DNA from: the human T2T-CHM13v2.0 reference genome, Homo sapiens
Strand: one strand, 5' to 3'
DNA: 64,000 nucleotides
NCBI RefSeq assembly: GCF_009914755.1
Contig: NC_060925.1
The notes under the pieces are model-generated. The model was given only the letters and a program-made list of their open reading frames with translations, did not search any database and had not been told where the DNA came from. Shown here one piece after another: positions 1-17,734 of this stretch. Position 1 is the first letter of the stretch. The number at the start of each line of letters is the position of its first letter. The translations under genes were made by a program, and so were the position numbers.

Positions 1-417
1 AAAAAGAGAGGAGTTACACAGCAACTAATAAACAAGTAACAAAATGGCAGTAGTAGGACCTTACCAATCAATAATAACACTGAATGTAAGTGGGCTAAAT
101 TCTCCAATTAAAAGACACAGAGTGAGCTGGGCACAGTGATATGCACCTATAGTCCTGGCTGACTGGAAGGCTGAGAGGAGATAATAGCTTAGGCCCAGGA
201 ATAATAATAATAAAAAAAAGACATAGAGTGACTCAACAACATAAAAGTGTATACTGCATACAAGAAACTCACTTCACCTATAAAGGCTAACATAGACTGA
301 AAGTGAGGGAATGGAAAAAGATATTCCATAAAAATGAAAACCAAAAAAGAGCAGGAGAAGCTGTACCTATATCAGACAGAATAGACTTTAAGTTGAAAAT
401 TATAAAAAGAGACAAAG

Positions 418-520
418 GGGAGGCTGAGGCAGGAGAATAACTTGAACCTGGGAGGTAGAGGTTGCAGTGAGCCGAGATCATGACACTGCACTCCCGCCTG
501 GGCGACAGTGAGACTGTCTC

Positions 521-545
<25 letters not shown>
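418..545 (+). mobile_element. 5'-truncated Alu (right arm) with long poly(A)
   Basis: GGGAGGCTGAGGCAGGAGAA...GAGACTGTCTCAAAA; TSD-like AGACAAAG. Confidence 0.9.
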
Positions 546-551
<6 letters not shown>

Positions 552-1157
552 AGATGGTAATTATACAATGAAAAAAGAGTCAATTCAGCAAGAGGATCTA
601 ACAATAGTAAGTATATATGCACCCAACAATGGAGCACTCAAATATATAAAGCAAATATTAATAGATCTAAAGGGAGAGACAGACTTCAATACAGTAATAA
701 CAGAGGTCTTCAACCTCACTTTCAGGAATGGACAGATCTTCCAGGTAGAACATCAATAAAGAAAGATCAGAGTTAAACTACATACTAGACCATATGGACC
801 TAATAGACATTTATAGAACATTTCACTTGCTGCTGCAGAATACACATTCTTTTCATCAGCACATAAAACATTCTCCAGGACAGACCATATGTTAGCCACA
901 AAACAATTCTCAACAAATTTTAAAAAGTCAAAATCATGTGAAGTATTTATCTGACAACAGAATAAAAGTAGAGATCAGTAACAAGAGGAACTTTGGAAAC
1001 TGCACAAATACAGATATTAAACGACATGCTACTGAACAACCAATGAGGCAAGGAAGCAACTAAAAATAAAATTTAAAAATTTCTTGAAAAAATAAAAATG
1101 GAAATACAACATACTAGAACAATGGGATGCAGCAAAAGGAGTGCTAAGAGGGAAGTC

Positions 1158-1459
<302 letters not shown>

Positions 1460-2149
1460 CTATAGTAATAAACACCTCAATAAAAAGACTCCAAATAAAC
1501 AATCTAACAATGCACCTCAAGAAACTAGAAAAGCAAGAACCAACCTAAAAATTAGTAAAAGAAGTAATAAAGATCAAGCAGAAATAAATGAAATTGAGAA
1601 TAAAAAAATTACACAAGATCAACAAAAAAAGTTGTTTTTATTAAAAAAGATAAACAAAATCAACAAACCTTTAGTTAGACTAAGAAGCAAAGAGAAAAGA
1701 CTCAAATAAATAAAATCAGAGACAAAAAAGAAAACATTACAATTGATACCATAGAAATACAAAGGATCATTAGAGACTATTATGAACAGCTTTATGCCAA
1801 CAGCAGTAGAGAAACAGAAAACCTCAACAAACCAGTAATGGGTAACGAGATGGAAGCAGTCATAAAAAGTCTCCCATCACAGAAAAGCCCAGATCTGATG
1901 AATTTCCTGCTGAATTCTTTCAAACATTCAAAGAAGAACTAATATCAATTATACTCAAACTATTTCACAACATTGGAGAGGAGGGAATACTTCCAAACTC
2001 ATTCTATGAGGCCAACATTACCCAGATACCAAAACCAGACACATACATAATAAAAACAACACATTAAACCATCAACAAGCTCACAGAGGTAGGATGCCCA
2101 AATCCTGGCCAAAATATAACATGTAAATGGGGGTGTGTGAAAGAGTATG

Positions 2150-2669
2150 CAGTTGGCCCTCTGTATCCATGCATTCCACATCTGTGGATTTAATCAACTG
2201 TGAGTCAAAAATATTCAGAAAAAAAAAGATGGACGGTTCCATCTATACTGAACATGTACAGGCTTTTTTCTTGTCATTATTCCCTCAACGGTACAGTTTT
2301 AACAATTTACACATTTACATTGCAGAAAGTATTATAAGTAACCTAGATATGATTTAAGGTATACAGGAGATGTGCATAGGTTACATGCAAATACCACACC
2401 ATTTTAACTTTTTTGCTTTTTAGAGACAGGGTCTCACTCTATCACCTAGGCTGGAGTGCAGAGGTGCAATCAGCACATCCTTGATCTCCCTGATTCAAGG
2501 GATCCTCATGCCTCAGCCTCTTGAGTAGCTGGGAATACAGGGACATGCCACCATGCCTGGCTAATTTTTTATTACACCATTTTTTATCAGGACCTTCTGT
2601 ATCCATGGTTTTGGTAATGGAGGGGGAGGTTCCTGGAACCAATCTTCCATGGGTGCTGAGGGACAACTG
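2150..2669. mobile_element. MER2-like (Tigger) DNA transposon with an inserted minus-strand Alu monomer (~2408-2570)
   Basis: CAGTTGGCCCTCTGTATCCATG ... CATGGGTGCTGAGGGACAACTG termini; Alu TSD ACACCATTTT. Confidence 0.8.
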
Positions 2670-3045
2670 TGTATGCATGCATGTGTAGGGGATAGGTAAT
2701 AACAAAGAAGAACAAGGAAGATGGGGTAACTTTCCTTGTTTTTTTCAGAAAGGGTAAAAATTTAGTGTTGTATTTCCTCCTTGGATGATTCTTTTGTTTT
2801 ATATTTGTTATATTAGAGATTACATTATAATATATATTCAAAGTCTGAAAATGTTTGGTAACAATTCCACATTGCTTTATGGGAAGCTTATTTTGTTTTT
2901 AAGATATTTTTCATTGTAACATGACAGTTTTTTACTGATGATCCAATTCCACTGTAAATGCACGCATATAGATGGGTGCACACAGATTCTAAACTTATTT
3001 TAGGCCAACTATACGATATGCTTGTTAACATTTACAGAAAATTGG

Positions 3046-3335
3046 CCAGGCATGGTGGTTCTTGTCTGTAATCCAAAAGCTTTGAGCGGTCATGCGGGGA
3101 GGATTGCTTCAGGCCAGGAGTTTGAGACAAGCTGGGCAACATAGCGAGACCCCCATCTCCACAAAAGTAAAAAAAAAAATTGCCCAGTAGTCTCAGCTAC
3201 TCAGGAGGCTGAGATGGGAGGATGGCTTGAGCCCAGGAGGTTGGGGCCACAGTGAGCGATGATCACACCACTATACTCCAGCCTGGGTGACAGAGCAAGA
3301 CTCTCTCTCTCTCTCAAAGTAAAAGAAAAAAAAAA
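3046..3335 (+). mobile_element. AluJ
   Basis: Diverged Alu dimer with a (CT)n/A tail. Confidence 0.88.
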
Positions 3336-3442
3336 TTACAGGGTATAAGAAAAATAAATAATATTACTTCTATTAAATATGGTGATTAAAATTTTCTTTG
3401 ATCATTTTTAGAAAGTTTTCATGGACATTCTGTGATATCCTA

Positions 3443-3658
<216 letters not shown>

Positions 3659-3988
3659 TCAATGACTACTTACCATTTGGACTAACAATCTTATTGAATC
3701 ACAATCTGGAATTCCAGAGAAACAAAACATTATGAAGGAAGAGAAATTAATTGTTCAATTTGCTTGATTTATTAAAGCAGAAAGCAAATCATGATCCAAT
3801 ATTGTCTCTTTAGTATACTCATTAATACAACCTGTTGACCAGAGTATCTTTTGTTGGCCAAAAAATACAGTACATTAAATCCTTTCATTATTTAAATTTC
3901 AAAACAAATGGAATCTCTGAGATGCTATATGTTCCTACCATGTTTTCTTCTAAAAGAAGAGGCATACAAAGACCAGTGTATTATTTTA

Positions 3989-4273
<285 letters not shown>

Positions 4274-4527
4274 TCAAGGCTGTAAGCAAAAGTCGACTTT
4301 TTAATTAATATAATACCTATCATGTATTCTGCTTAAAACTTTACTTACAAATCACGTTTCATGAGTAGGAAGTTATTTAAATAAAGTAAACTATAATTTT
4401 GAAACACTGCATGTTTGGTACCAAACCAAACATGGTACTAGAGGTAGGTACTAAAAGAAATGGTATTAAAAGTACCATTTTAGGATATTTCTTGAGGGTA
4501 CTTTATTATCTTCTAGAATGTTAGCAT

Positions 4528-4828
4528 TTTTTTTTTTTTTTTGAGACAGGGTCTCACTTTGTTACCCAGGCTAGAGTGCCTTGGCACAATCATGGTTCAC
4601 TGCAGCCTTGACTTCTTGGGCTCAAGCAATCCTCCTGCCTCAGCCACCTGAGTAGCCGGGACCACAAGTGTGCACCACCACATCCAGCTAATTAAAAATT
4701 TTTTTTTTTGTAGAGGCAGGGTCCCACTATGTTGCCCAGGCTGCTCTCGAACTCCTGGGCTCAAGTGATCCTCGCACCTCAGCTTCCCAAAGTGTTAAGG
4801 TTACAGGTGCAAGCCACTATGCCTTGGC
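4528..4828 (-). mobile_element. AluJ
   Basis: Poly(T)-GAGACAGGGTCTCAC...; Alu consensus. Confidence 0.9.
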
Positions 4829-5284
4829 AAATGCTAGAATTTTAATAAACATGTATTACTGTATAATCAGAAAAAAATTTAAAAGGGTGTCAAACGCAAC
4901 TCTTACTATTCTGAGGAAACTAAATATTGAACTTAAATGCTTAATTATAAAGCAGCGTAAACACTATAAAATAAAAACATAGAAAAATATTCTCATTGTA
5001 TCTACATATAAGTCCTGTATGTGGCTCTCAGGGATACAACCTGCTAGGCTTTCAAACTATTTTTATATACTATATGTACAAAAACATATCATGGCTGGGC
5101 ATAGTGGCTTATGCCTATAATCTCAGCACTTGTATAAATAATATAAATATAGCAGCAAAGCACAGAGAGCTAGCAGGGGGCTTGGTAAGGAAAATATACC
5201 TTTAAAGCTTTAAAAAAAATTCTTAATTTTCTACTTCTTTACTACTAATTTTAAAAAGTAAAACTAATCAAAGAGATTATTTTA

Positions 5285-5551
<267 letters not shown>

Positions 5552-6891
5552 TTAAATACTGAGATGCTTAAGCTATACCAGGTTTTGAAAGCAAAAATAA
5601 TTTTTCTGTCATGACAAAATGTCTAACTTTTTAAATAAAATAAGATGCTCTAAAAGTAGGGAGATAAAAAAGGAAGCGGAAATATCTTCATCTAATACTT
5701 AAAATTTAAAGAAATTATCTGGAAATACCTTTGAAAATATTTTCCCTGACTACATAATTCATATACTGTATGAATATTTATATCTAATATAAAAGAAATA
5801 TTTATTCTTTAAAAAGGGAGACACTGATAATCCCCTCAAAATCTTATTTGAAATACAGTATCATGGAATATTGTTCAAGTTCTTATAGCCATAATAAAAC
5901 TGACCACACAAAATGATTAAAGTTTTTAGGAATCTTATGTTTATGTAGAACTTGAAACTGATGATTTTATGGAATTCCAACAATGGTGTTTGGTTTACTA
6001 CCAGGCCAGTGGAAGATAACTTTTCATTTAATAAATTTTGGGATGTTGTGAATGCCTTGAGGGGTGGGAGGGCTTTGTAAGTATACCACGCTTTTTAAAA
6101 GAGGGATTTATTTCTGACAAGTGGTGTATGCTAAAGGAGTTCACTATTTGCCAATGTCAGTTTTATGTATCTGTTAAAAAAAAAAGGTTGAAAAAGAGTC
6201 TCAAAATTAGCATGTTTGAAGTCCTGAAAGAACAAATTATAATTTGTGTATTAAGCCACTTTAAGCTGTCTTACACACAACTAAAACACAAAGCTGGTTT
6301 TACATAATTAATATGACAAACAAAAGTCACAACTAGATGACATCAGTCCACTGCACACAATTTAACTGATGTTAGGAATTCAGAATAAAGTGAATTTTTA
6401 CTAGTTCAGTTGGATGGAATATGGTGTTACAACCCCACAGTTTCAAGTTTCAAGTGTAATCCTTTTTCAGACAAATACATTTTGACGGACTGATGGATTT
6501 TAAAGAACAATGTGATAGTACAGACAAATTTTGAATATCAAAAAATGACCAGAAAATTCAGAAATAATAATCTGATTGTTGATTGTGATTCTGGAAGTCC
6601 TTAACTCTGTTCACGAGGGAAACTGATACACTGATAGAACATTAATACAAAGCTATATCAGAATAACCACTTATCATTCTATCCTGACATCTTTCCTCAC
6701 AATTAAAAACAACTTCCCAATAACAGTCAATACATTCAAAGACAGCTTAGATGAAGATCAACTACATATATTAAATAGGGAATAAATAAGATTCTTAATT
6801 TCTTATATCTATATTACTTCCACATTAAAGTAACATGATGGTATCACAAAGTCAATAGCTTTCTATAATCAGAGTTACAAAATTTGAGTTA

Positions 6892-7017
<126 letters not shown>

Positions 7018-8365
7018 CTAGGAGAAAGATATTGAACAGTTCTAGTAATTATAAGGCAGTGATTTTGTTTTTTAAATCTTATATTTATGCCCAAACTTTC
7101 ACTACCCCAAATTTCAAAGGGAAGCTCTATATTTAAGATGTTTTAGTGTACATATATTAAATCTCAAGTTGCGTTGTTAAGTAATATACAATCAACTTCA
7201 TGTCATGCCAAATATGACATAAATGACAAAAATCCAGGCTGAGAATAAAACAACTAGAAGGCAACTGCTACTTAACAGAATAGCCAAATCAAAACAGAAA
7301 CAAAGATAAAGCTATTTACCAATAAGAAGAGTTTGAATATGCCTATACTATATAGGCATAAACGAAAAGCAGAGGTTATTGTCATGTCAATAACAAAAGC
7401 TGCCAAAAACTTAGTTATACCTTAATTATTGCATTTGTGCATGGCAGGCAGAATCTATAGGCCCTGCTAGATGAATACAGTACCCACCCTTCCCTACCTC
7501 CCTCTCCCCACCCCCATAGATATTTAAGATTCTTCATAACCAGTCCCAAAATATCTCTTCATGCCTAAAGTAGCAACTATCAGAAGTTAAAGGTCATATT
7601 TATCCTTTCATATTAGCACATTAAGTTGGGTTTTAATTAATGAGATTAAATAGTTCAAAAAGTAGGCTGAGAATGTGGGATAAGACAAATATCCGATCAT
7701 AACACAATAACCTCTGCGTGTTTGTGGAGGAGAAATGGGCTTAGAGGGTGGCTCAAGATGTTGGTCAGGCCTATAATGAAGTAACTACCAGGAAACAATA
7801 AAGAAAGTGACTGTAAGAGGCCAGAACCCAGGACAAGCATAACCTGCTCCAGTTCTGCCTATGATTACCCAGGCTAGCAGCTAGCTTGTTTTCTTCCCCA
7901 TTATTCAACAGTCTCCCAAAGCCTGAACTGGTTTCTTCCTTCCCTTTAGTCAGTCCTAGAAGACCTATAACTTTTGTTACTGGGTTTTCTAGCATTCTTT
8001 ATAAAATTCACAGCTTCATACATGATTCAGAAGTACCATTAAAAAAAAGAAAATCAAGAAGACATTTTGCATTATGCTGGTTTCCCAATTTTGTTGTTCT
8101 ATGATTTAGGATAAGAAGAAAGATGGCATAAAAATGAGAAGAACCGTGTGGGTTATGACCCTTTCTACTACAGATTTCTCAATATGCCTCTCTAGATGCC
8201 CACTTTGTCATCATCATGTCATCTCTAATAACAGAGACTTTACCCTGAGCAAAATGAGAGCCAATTAGCATTGTCAGTAGAATGGAAGACACAATTAAAA
8301 GTCACAAAGGCTTTTCTGTTCTACAATAACTCAATAAAGTGTTTTAAAAACGGACTGCAACAGAA

Positions 8366-8419
8366 ATCACTATTCACTAAATTCTCCCATGTATCACTAT
8401 TCACTGAATTCTCCCATGT
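8366..8419. repeat. 27-bp tandem duplication (1 mismatch)
   Basis: ATCACTATTCACT(A/G)AATTCTCCCATGT x2. Confidence 0.9.
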
Positions 8420-8420
8420 A

Positions 8421-9480
8421 TGTAGCTATAAAATAATAAGAAATATACATATTGGTCTATGGCCCCAGTACCTGACACAGAGTTCCTATAATTTCTTGAA
8501 CAATGGGGGTGCTAGGAGTTTCTTTTGTTCTAGTGTTTGGTCTCTGTCCTAGTTCATCAGTCAGAGCTCTTAATCCCTTTGTAGACAGAGGTGCTAGGAG
8601 AACCTTTTGTTCTAACATTTGGTCTTTGACCCCCCATTTCTGATGGGGAGCTTCTAAGACCTCTGTAATTTCCTGGGTGATAGAAGCTTCTTTTTTTCTA
8701 ATGAGGCCACTCATGGCAGGCTCCTGGAGAGCTTCAGAATAAGGGGGTGGTTACCAGTGGAACCAACCATGTATTTGAGGATTGAAACTTTTAGCCCAAC
8801 CCCTGACCTCTGGGGAGCCAAGAGGAGCTGGAAGACTGAGTTGATCACCAATGGCCAATGATGTAATCAATCATGCTTATATAATGAAGCTTCCATCAAC
8901 ACCCAAAAGGACAAGGGTTGGAAGAGCTTCTGGATAGCTGAACGTGTAGAGGTTCCTGAATAGTGGCTTGCCAGGAGAGGGAATGGAAGCTCTGCAACCC
9001 TTCCCATATGATTTACTCTATGCACCTCTTCCACTTGGCTGTTGATCTCTACCCTCTGTAATATCCTTTATAATAAATGGGTAAACGTTCAAGTAAAACG
9101 TTTCCCTGAGTTCTGTGAGCTGGTCTAGCAAATTCATCAACCGCAAAGAGGGGGTCATAGTAACCCTAATTTATAGCTAGACAGTCAGAAATATAGCTGA
9201 CAACCAACTACTTGTGACTGGTACCTGAAGTAGGTAGAAGTCTTGTGGGACTGAGCTCTTAACCTGTCGTGATGATCTCATGCTATCTCCAGGTAGATGG
9301 TGTCAGAATCGAACTGAATTAGAGAATAACCAGCTGGTGTTAGCTGGAGAATCTGCCAAAGAAATTGACTGGTGTGTGGGAAAAAAAAAAAAAACCCTAC
9401 ATCTAGTGGCAGAAGTGTCGAGTGACTGTGTAAGAGAAAAGAAAAAACCTGTGATACAGTTTTTTCTTACATTTTCACAG
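8421..9480 (+). mobile_element. MER21-family ERVL-type LTR
   Basis: Internal tandem GGTGCTAGGAG..TTTTGTTCTA..TTTGGTCT units, GTTGATCACCAATGGCCAATGA, AATAAA at ~9072; family recalled from consensus. Confidence 0.75.
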
Positions 9481-9769
9481 TAGCATTATTTTAGATGCTG
9501 TGAATTATAAAAATCAAGTATTTGGTAAGGTTCCTACTTGAAGGAGCTTAAAAGACCTAAAGAAAAAAAAGTCGGGGAAGCTATGATTAACATACATGAA
9601 ATAATTAGAAAATAAGTAGTCATTAACTATCCAGTTTTGATTGAAAGTAGAGTAGGAGTTCAGAGTTATCCATGGGGATCGAAGCATTATGTAAGAATTT
9701 GTGGAGTTAGGACTTGAATAGCATTATGAGGGGTTTGGATAGGAGGAGTGGGAGTAAAAGAAATCACCA

Positions 9770-10783
<1,014 letters not shown>

Positions 10784-10977
10784 AATATTAATTTTTTTTT
10801 TTTTTTTAAAGAGACAACAGGAACTTCTATCTGAAAATAAAGAAAGGGATAAACAATAAAAATGTGAAAAGAAGACTTCAGCCTCTCATGTTTGGGGGAA
10901 ATAGGAAAATAAAGATTTTCTTAAGAAGGATGTATTATAGCTACTAGCAGGAAAGTTCGTGTATTATATACACTTAC

Positions 10978-11042
10978 TTGTTTTTTGGTTGCAGGGTATT
11001 TAATATCAAGAATTAATTCCTTTATTTCTGTTTCAACCAAAT
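10978..11042 (-). CDS. RAB3GAP2: RAB3GAP2 exon 17 (65 bp): DLVETEIKELILDIKYPATKKQ
   Basis: ATAG|AT acceptor, CAA|GTAAGT donor. Confidence 0.96.
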
Positions 11043-11338
11043 CTATAAAGAAAAAAATAATCAAAGTAAAATTTTAATTTTTATAACAGTGAAACATTAT
11101 TCTGAAAGAAAATGAACATATCTGTACTATCAGTGAGTCTAAAGGATTTTTGGGTTCTCTCACATTAATGTTTTCTTGTTATGAATTATAACACCCTCTA
11201 GATGGCACACTTCAGCCTTACAGAGCAATTCCAATAAGCTCATCCATGCATTATTTTGATTGCTCCATTCAGAATATTTTATTGATTTAAAAGATGATAG
11301 AACAATATGCTTTATTATTTGTATGAGAGAATACCTAC

Positions 11339-11421
11339 CAAGATTGGGAGATTTTGTTTTCAGTAAGGCTGCTAGTTTCTTCACTAGGTGCATATCCTTG
11401 GCTCGTTCACTCTTCTTATCA
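11339..11421 (-). CDS. RAB3GAP2: RAB3GAP2 exon 16 (83 bp): [28 protein letters not shown]
   Basis: ORF track 11160..11492; TTTAG|T acceptor, TTG|GTAGGT donor. Confidence 0.96.
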
Positions 11422-11650
11422 CTAAACCAATAAATATAACAAATTATTACAGAATGTGAAATTATTTTCTTTCTAATTCTGACACACTCCAACTTTTTTT
11501 TCCTTTATATATTTCCTATTTAACTTTAAAGATATCAGTCTAAAGACAAAGGAAACAACAAAATAGCAACTACAAAAGAGAGTACAACAAACCTAGGAAC
11601 TAGGAAAAGTTAGCAGAGGAGCGTCAATCAGCAACACTGGACACACCTTA

Positions 11651-12007
<357 letters not shown>

Positions 12008-12341
12008 TCAGGCCCCTGTTTCAATGGCAAACAAAGCATTCACCTCACTTATGACTAGGGCAAAAGGAACCTTTCCTTTTGAGCCTTCCCAGCATAAGTA
12101 AGGGACAAACATTAGCAACAAGCTAACTTTAATTCAGCAGTCTATCATGGCATTTTTAATTTTTTTTTTTTGTTATTAAATACTTAAGTACATGCCAGGC
12201 ACTCACAGGAAAAACCACAATAAAGAATATTGTAATTCTCAAACTTGTAATCTAATAAGCAGCTTTAGTAAAGCTTTATTTTAATAAAAGCATTCCTATA
12301 TTTCATTTTGTAACCAGCACAATGCCAGCATTTGCAGCTTA

Positions 12342-12560
<219 letters not shown>

Positions 12561-12636
12561 TTAGAGACAGAGGTAAAGGGAAGTTAATTACTTAATCTAG
12601 GTTCCATAGTAGCCTCCTGAAGTACTCTGGAATAGT

Positions 12637-12658
12637 GGGGGTGGGGGTGGGGGTGGGG
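12637..12658 (+). other. G-quadruplex-forming motif G5TG5TG5TG4
   Basis: Four G-runs with single-T loops. Confidence 0.75.
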
Positions 12659-12798
12659 TAAGAAAAGCTATAAAAGTATATTTTTTATTATGGAATATCT
12701 TAAATAAAAAATGATAATAAATAATAACCAGTCTATCACCCAGCCTTATCAAATCTTACTATTTTGCTATATTTACTTCTGACCACTTTTTCTCTTTA

Positions 12799-13103
<305 letters not shown>

Positions 13104-14464
13104 AGAGAAAAGATTATAGATATAATTGAAGCCACCTGATTACCCCTCCTGCTCTCATTCCCTTCCCTTCCCACACAAGCCTTTTGGTGACATGCAGATA
13201 GAAAATATGGGTTACAGGACGATGGGAGGAAGCTCTTGCATGGGAGACGTAGCTGATGCTATTTTCCATTTTAGGGTGGTCCCTCACATAGGCAATTGAT
13301 CCTTCTTTCCAAGGACACAATGGAAAGAAAAACTGGCTGTACTAGCTGCAGACAGGCAATGATGCAAGGAATAAGATTGCCATAGTGGATTTGGAGCAGT
13401 CAGTACAGCTTCGTCTTCGTATTTTAGAAAAGTCTTGCTGAGAACATACCTTTGATATTGTTTCAGAAGACAAACACCAAGGAGAAATGATGTATCTGCA
13501 GTATTAAAACTATTTCTACAGATACTGAGACATGTAGTAGGTAAAGACTGCCTCTGTCTATCACTGCAGGAGTTCTTTGGCAAGAAGGTGATAGTGGCTT
13601 CAATCTGGTCCAGAGTAATTGAATGACCTCAATCCATTCATTATTCCTCACATTTTACAGGATAGACAAGATTGCACCATAAATTGTGGTCTATGCTGAC
13701 ATGTTACTATTCCAGATGATTCTAAATAATGTAATCATCCCTTCTTTCTTAGTCAGGGAGATATTATTCACAATGTGCCTAGTTAAAAGATATTTTCAAG
13801 TCTCCCTTATAGTTAGATGAGGCCATGTCACTAAGTCCTGGCTAATGTAGATAATGGTTGAAGGGACTTCGGGGAATATCTTCAAAGTAGATTGACTCAG
13901 TTGCCAGGAGAAGCCTTCTTCCTTTCTGCTTCCTTCCCGGAATGCAGATAAGAGGGCTGTCTATGAGAACCTTGAGTGGGGAAGCTACAAGGAAGAAGAC
14001 TGGGTTCCTGAAGATACTGTGGTCTGTTACTCAGGTCTGTTAATAATAGCTGAAGGAAACTCCTAAGTGACATACTTATTGACACACCAGGTGGATTGAC
14101 CCAAGCATATGGATATAAAAGTCAAGTCAGTGAAGATGGGTTTTGCTATCTTAAATCTGAAAGACTTGGCATTATAGATTTGGGGAGAACATTTGGCTCA
14201 AGAATGGCTTTGTGAAGGGGAATAAATGTAGCAGGGGCAAGAAACTGAACTCAGAAATTGACAATAACAGTGAGAATTGAAAGAAAGTGCAAAAGGCAAA
14301 GGTTAAACATGGCTATGAGGTGATCAAACCTAAAAGATGTATCAACTGACTACTGGACCAAGTGGTTGCTGATCTGAGTTCATGTCAAAAAAAGAAAATG
14401 TAAACATGAAGAATTAAACAGAGTTATCATCCAGAAGCTGAAGGATGATAACATTGCTCAACTA

Positions 14465-14680
<216 letters not shown>

Positions 14681-15650
14681 TCAAATCACATTCCAGTTCA
14701 GAAACATATAACAGAATAACGAAATGCATAAATGAAATAGGCTGAATCTGTTTTTATATAAAGAAATATGAATTTTACCTGGATTAATAGTTAATTTATT
14801 AATCACAACTGACATTTGTAATATAAAATACATAAAAGAAATAAAACCACAGTCCTATGTAGGTTTTCAATAGATACCCACAACCCTATACCTTTAGAGA
14901 ATATAAAGTATAACTATATTTGATTAAAAGGCATGTCACAGAAAACAATGTCCTCACCATCAACTAAATTTTAGAATATGCTCCCACACAGGCATCTTTT
15001 GTCTATTTTAAATTCTTCTTCTTAATCTTTCTCTTTTTTGCAAGATATGACATCCTGCTGACACCAATCTGCCTGAAGCAAAAACCTTCCTTTTTCTAAA
15101 TAGTTATCTCTAAACTTCTGTTGTTCTATAATCAACCTCATTAGAATTGTGAGTAAAATAAAAGTAAAGAAGTACTAAAAGAGAACTAGGAAAGCTCATT
15201 TAGAGAAAAGTCCCTGAAACAAAGGTGCCCAACCTTTGTTACATCTATTAGAGACGCACAGGGCCATGTGACTAATTTATTGACTCTTGATATTAGGAAA
15301 TGTGATATGTTACAATGTATTTTTTAAAAAGATGAAAAAAAACTTAGAAGCTATACTTCGATAAATTTTAATAATTAGTTGGCTCTTCTTAGGTGAAGAA
15401 CATCCATAAAGAGGAGGTGTTCTATTTCCCTTCATGGTGGTACTTTATATTAGGTAATAAAAAATGATTTTAAAACAAAACCAAACATTAGAAAACATGC
15501 TCCTATCTAAAAAATAATAATGAAAAAAAAAAGCAACAAAAATCATGCTCCCTCCACCAAAAAAAACTCACCAATATACTAACACATTCTAAAGCACTAC
15601 TGAAGTAAACAAGGAAGCACAGGACAGGAGTCTGTTTAAAGAGTGCCTGA

Positions 15651-15967
<317 letters not shown>

Positions 15968-16352
15968 AGGATGACTTTTTTAAAAAGAAATCACTAAGTA
16001 CTTTTAAAGTTTATACAACTTAGTAACAAACTATCTAAACTTTTAAAAGAAATTTAACAGCTATCACTGAATTAATTCTCCTACAACTAAGCTAAGTTTA
16101 TTTGTTAAAAAGCACACTCAAGAAATACATCTTGAATACCTAGTATATAACAGGGATAAAGCTGTGAACAAAACAGGTAAGAATCACTCTTCACATGGAG
16201 TTTTACATTCTAGTGGGAAAAGAAATTCCACTGTAATGGCTTTCAGAAGTTCCAAAGACAAGATCAGCAAATCAACCAAGCACACGGAAAGACCATACAT
16301 TTAACAGTACCTTTCTAAAAGGACTAAAATTTGGGAAGCATGACAGACTTGC

Positions 16353-16442
16353 CTTACAGCTAATGGGGTAGCTGGCTCAACCTTCGGCTTTTGCTTTTGG
16401 ACAGCTTCTTCTTCGTGCTTACTTTTCCAACCAAGCCAACCA
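16353..16442 (-). CDS. RAB3GAP2: RAB3GAP2 exon 12 (90 bp): [29 protein letters not shown](R); GC donor
   Basis: TTCAG|T acceptor; the frame into exon 13 requires the AAG|GCAAGT (GC-AG) donor. Confidence 0.93.
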
Positions 16443-16571
16443 CTGAAAAGAAAGAAAACTTAGAATATAAAACTGAGCTTCCAGGGTTTTAAAGTGCAAA
16501 CTATCAAAATATAAGTTAAAAGCAAGCTAGATACAAATGAGATATTTGTTATTTTAATTGTTAAGTAATTA

Positions 16572-16682
<111 letters not shown>

Positions 16683-17521
16683 TTAGTAGCTTACAAAGAA
16701 ACAAACATACTTTCTAAATAAAGCTTACTTTAAAATGCTTTGAAAAGTTGTAAAGGCTGGACTAGCAACTCAGCTTCTTTCAGAGTACAGTAAAAAGTTT
16801 ATTTTAGGCGTAATATGAGAAAAAGTTTTAACTCTATAGTTTAAAAATAAAATCACAATTAGTCTATTTTACCATTAGAATTTCTCTCTTTAAATTGTAA
16901 TTTCATTCAAATAAATTTTAAACTAGGACATTAAGATTACATTATTCTAGCTGGACTATGGATTTCACACCTACACATAACTGGCTCCTTTCTCTCTTTA
17001 AATATATATATATGCACACACATATACACACACACATTTTTATAAAAGTAAAAAGATATTTTGGACAATTCTGAGAAGCATGCTTTTTAAGTGAGAAACA
17101 AGAGCTGCCAAATCTAACACTCAACTTTCCACTATTTTAGGAAGCAATTTTCACCACTTATAACAAGTATAGTTGGCAGCTTGTTCTGTCTTTACAACTC
17201 CTCATTTACTCAAATCCCTAGTGGGCTGGCATCATTAACAAGCCTGAGCTCCTGACTATTGCACCAATATTTAAAGACATCTCAGCTATCAAAGAACTCA
17301 GGGCTTCAGAAACAAAGAATTTCCTTTTATACTGATGGTAGTACCTTTTCAGTTAATCTAAAGAATTTAGAAGAAAGCTAGTTGAGATTAATTTTAGTTT
17401 CAATTGAAATTTAGAAATGTAAACTGCTTAATCTTCTAAGGCTAAGCAAGTTACCATATCCAATTTGTAGACAAATTGTAAAATCAAGAGCAGCCTTACT
17501 CATGATCATTGATAAAACTCA

Positions 17522-17734
<213 letters not shown>

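Noticed and set aside
508-759. L1 endonuclease ORF as an active element
   Set aside because: Old fragment with many stops and frameshifts and nested Alus
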